Shown here: in pieces, positions 61,301 through 64,000 of the stretch
How positions within the stretch are numbered: position 1 is the stretch's first letter
Layout of the letters: every line of letters starts with the position of its first letter
From: Klebsormidium nitens
Taxonomy: Eukaryota; Plantae; Klebsormidiophyceae
DNA: 64,000 nt
Assembly (NCBI GenBank): GCA_000708835.1
Contig: DF236970.1
Location: 316,247-380,246 of the forward strand
Direction of reading: 5' to 3'
Program-made: the position numbers and the translations under genes
Notes under the pieces: generated by a model
What the model was told of the DNA's origin: nothing
The model's input: the letters and a program-made list of their open reading frames with translations, nothing else
Database searches by the model: none

Positions 61301-63157
61301 CATTTCCTGGCTGCCTCCTACTCCCATTTCTGACGTAAATCAGCGAGTCATAGCAACGTTTTGACGCATGCTGCACACAAAATCATGTTTGCATGAGTGC
61401 AAAGGTGCCCAGGAATGCTGCGCACTCAGATCTTTCACGTAAATTAACGGATACCTCTCGCCTATCAGGTACTCGTTCACGCACGGCCTCTCCCCCGAAA
61501 AGTTCGCCGAGTACCGTACCCATCTGCGCTCCGTCATGCGCTTCTCCGCAGTGCCGCTCGGCGCGGCGCTCGGGATCGAAGTCCGACAGCCGTACCTCTT
61601 CCCGAAATTCGTCGATCATGCGCTCGCCAGTCTGGCGCGGGAAGATCTAGTGGGCCCGGTTCCGGCGGACCTGCTGACGGAGAGCGTCTGGAGCGGAATT
61701 GAGCGGACTTGCCGGGCGGAAGACTTGGGAAGGCTGGGCGGGGAAACCGTGCACGGGAAGTTGGCGTTAAGGGAAGCGTTCCCCGGAGTCTATGCGGCGT
61801 GGCGCAGCAAGGACCCAATCGAGGTGCGCTTATGATCGTATTTCGGAGTAACAAGCGCGGGTAGCGATTTTTGACGACCTGTTGGAAAACCTGTGCGCTG
61901 ATGATACTTGCTCTCCCGTTTCTTCGTTGGCAACTTGAGGCGTCTGCTGCTTATTGAGTGATTCACGCCAGTTGCGATTGCATTTGACTGGTTCAGAATC
62001 CGGCTCTTAGAACCCCACCAGCAATCAGTACGCGACAGATTCCCAAACGTTTTCGTGACCGCTTATTTGACAGAACCGTCACACCACCTTCAGGCGCACT
62101 TACCTGGATCATAACCGACACACTTGCGTAGAAGAGGGCTCATTGAGACACCATCCAATCCTAGGGTTGTGCCTTTCTTTTTTCCTAATGAATCTGCCCT
62201 AAATCTGGCCACACACAGCTCGTCGGATGAAGCCTGCAGACTGGCATACCGTGTTGGAGCAGAAGAGACTTTTTGTCTCTTGCCACTGTATGTTATGACC
62301 GCTCGAGGGCCCCTCAAGCTCGTTTTTAAATACCATAAATTCCTGGTGAACCGCTCATCATTGTTCGTCGTTTTGCAGGTCGGGTGTGGCACCACCGTCC
62401 TCCCCGCCCGCTTCAAAGAGGCCCTGTCCGACGCCGAGTTAGCGGCCGCCCAGAAAAAGATACTCGCACAAGACCAGGTAAGGATCCGGAACGCGGAGCA
62501 CTTGCACTACTACAGGGCCTTTCGGACGGTCTTCGGACCGGGGGGCCCGCCCGAAATGGTCCGGTGGGGTGCGGACCCGTGCGTCGCGTGCGGGTATGAG
62601 CTCCAGCAACCGAGCCAGATGTTTTGCGTGGTGTGCGGGGAGTATCCGGCCAGGAAAGCGGCGGGGGGGGTGAAAAGCGCCGGGGGCCAGGGGGGGGAGA
62701 GGAAGAGAAGCAAGGGGGGGGCTTGCAGAGTGGTGAGGGGGTGGCCACGGGGGAGGGAAAAAGTGGCGGGATTGGGGAGGGGAATGAGGGGGAAAAGGAG
62801 GAAGGGGGAATGCGGATTGGAGGGGAGAGTGCGGCAACGGGCGACGATCAGCCGAGTACAAGTGGGTGGGGACAAGAAAGCTTGGGAAATGAGGGGGGTG
62901 CCAGCGGCATGGTCGAAAGGAAAACTCCGAACGAGGGGAAGGAGACGGTAGGGGCGAGTGGGCAGCAGGTACTTGCTACTGCCGTTTCGGTCCTTGGGGA
63001 AGAGAAAGGGAACAGCGCTTTGGAGAGGGGGGCAGTGTTCGGTGGGCGGAACGAAAGCCCAAGGTTGCTAGCAACTGTTTCAGGGACGTCGTCGTCTGCG
63101 GACTCGAACGAAGATTATGCGTCGGCTGATGAGTGCTTCGACGAGTCGGACATTTGA
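44583..63157 (+). CDS. Putative fusion gene (~1840 aa): BtuF/TroA-like substrate-binding domain + long disordered linker + asparagine-synthetase-like ATP-PPase + Zn ribbon + acidic tail
   Basis: Exons 44583-44932, 46754-46853, 54807-55318, 56105-58388, 58825-59783, 60347-60531, 61469-61823, 62379-63157. All intron phases match (2,0,2,1,0,2,0). The model needs two single-base (-1) frame corrections, near homopolymers at ~57739-57745 and ~62663-62697. The start codon and possible extra small exons at 55786-56049 are uncertain. Confidence 0.65.
58914..59140 (+). repeat. Coding 21-bp minisatellite (7-aa EGVRT[AS]S repeat, ~9-10 units)
   Basis: Variants of 'gagggcgtccgtacggcttct' translate as PEGVRTASEGVRTSAEGGRS...EGVRTAS...KGVRTSFEGVRM. 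Confidence 0.9.
59150..62660 (+). other. Asparagine synthase C-terminal-like (N-type ATP pyrophosphatase) domain with terminal CxxC-CxxC zinc ribbon; no glutamine amidotransferase domain
   Basis: PP-loop ILSGGLDT; FDPMEVRNSIAV; ITGDGADELLGGY; EVRQPYL; GKLALREAF; WRSKDPIEVGCGT; EHLHYYRAFR; CVACG...FCVVCGEYP. Confidence 0.9.
59820..61035 (+). repeat. Splice-junction duplication arrays flanking the FDPMEVRN/TGDGADE exon (60347-60531)
   Basis: 'catcccgct..ag' acceptor copies end at ~59861, 59944, 60065, 60205 and 60346 (real). 'gagct.ctggggg|gt' donors lie at 60532 (real), 60678, 60845 and 61034. Confidence 0.93.
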
Positions 63158-63894
63158 GGAGTCGCAGGTGGAGAAAGTGGGTATGTGAATTTGTCAATCT
63201 ACTGTGGAACCGGCCCGTTATTAGTCTCTTTGATGTGTCGACTCCGGTTGGTGGTTCGTGTCCCTGATCCCTCTCAGATCGCGAGTCTTCCGATTGATCT
63301 CATAGCCTTCCGTCTTATTAGAGCCGGAACACGGATATGTGCACGTATTAGGGGTGCTGAATACAGGTTAGAAAGCTCGATTGAACGTTGCATTCTTGAC
63401 CGCCTAGCATCCACGGTTCACCTGATTATCGCACGGCATGCCACCGTGTGCTTCAACATCGTCCAAGTCGTTTCTTGAGTTTAACAAAATGTAAGATACC
63501 AGATTTCCACTCCGTTGACTTGCTCAATGGCTCGTTACTTTTCCTCCCATCTGCAAGGCGGCATGGTTCCTGTGCACACGTAGTCCAGCGGCAAAGATCA
63601 GTTGATTAGCAATGCGGGATCACTGCCGACACAGGCTATGGATCATGAGGATCATGATGGCAGCGCAGCCTACCTACGGTAGTCCAGACTCTTTGAAAAC
63701 TAATTATTCCAGACATCGAATCGGGCCGCCCGAAGCAGCAACATACTGTAGACGTAGGTATGGCCGCCGCCCTTGTTTGTAGTACCGTACCTACCAGATG
63801 ATACGGTATGTACATGTGACGTCTGCCATGCGGCGTGGAATGATAGTGAGTGAAACGCCTTTCGTATACGAACTTGCGTCCATGGAAAACGTGC

Positions 63895-64000
63895 ACGCAG
63901 CACGTCGGATGATGAAAGCGTCGGCATCATTGCACCCGGATGTCATAAGCGTCATCATTGCACGTCGGATGTCGAAAGCGTCATTCCTTACACGTGGCAC
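63895..64000. repeat. ~30-bp tandem repeat running off the right edge
   Basis: gcacgtcggatgatgaaagcgtcggcatcatt / gcacccggatgtcataagcgtcatcatt / gcacgtcggatgtcgaaagcgtcattcctt. Confidence 0.85.

Overview
Intron-rich eukaryotic nuclear DNA with GC-rich exons and two N-gaps. The gene content is plant-like and the style suggests a streptophyte alga such as Klebsormidium; that assignment is inference, not a database result. I reconstructed seven gene models by hand from GT/AG sites and phase matching: (1) a partial UDP-glucuronate decarboxylase (UXS, - strand, runs off the left edge); (2) EDR2-like PH-START-DUF1336 (+, 20 exons); (3) a ceQORH-like NADPH quinone/alkenal oxidoreductase (-); (4) a PPR-SMR protein (+); (5) a small single-pass membrane protein (+); (6) RPL29 (-); (7) a large + strand gene (44.6-63.2 kb). 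Gene 7 appears to join a bacterial-type BtuF/TroA-like substrate-binding domain, through a ~870-aa disordered linker, to a glutaminase-less, archaeal-type asparagine-synthetase-like ATP-pyrophosphatase with a C-terminal CxxC-CxxC zinc ribbon. Two signals stand out. (a) Splice-junction 'echo' arrays: diverged tandem copies, mostly 130-190 bp apart, of [intron end + exon start] upstream of exons and of [exon end + intron start] downstream of exons. They occur at about 13 junctions in 4 genes on both strands, and many copies keep their AG/GT. (b) The putative substrate-binding-protein/amide-synthetase fusion. I found no rRNA, tRNA or CRISPR array. Exon coordinates are hand-derived and may be off by a few bases.
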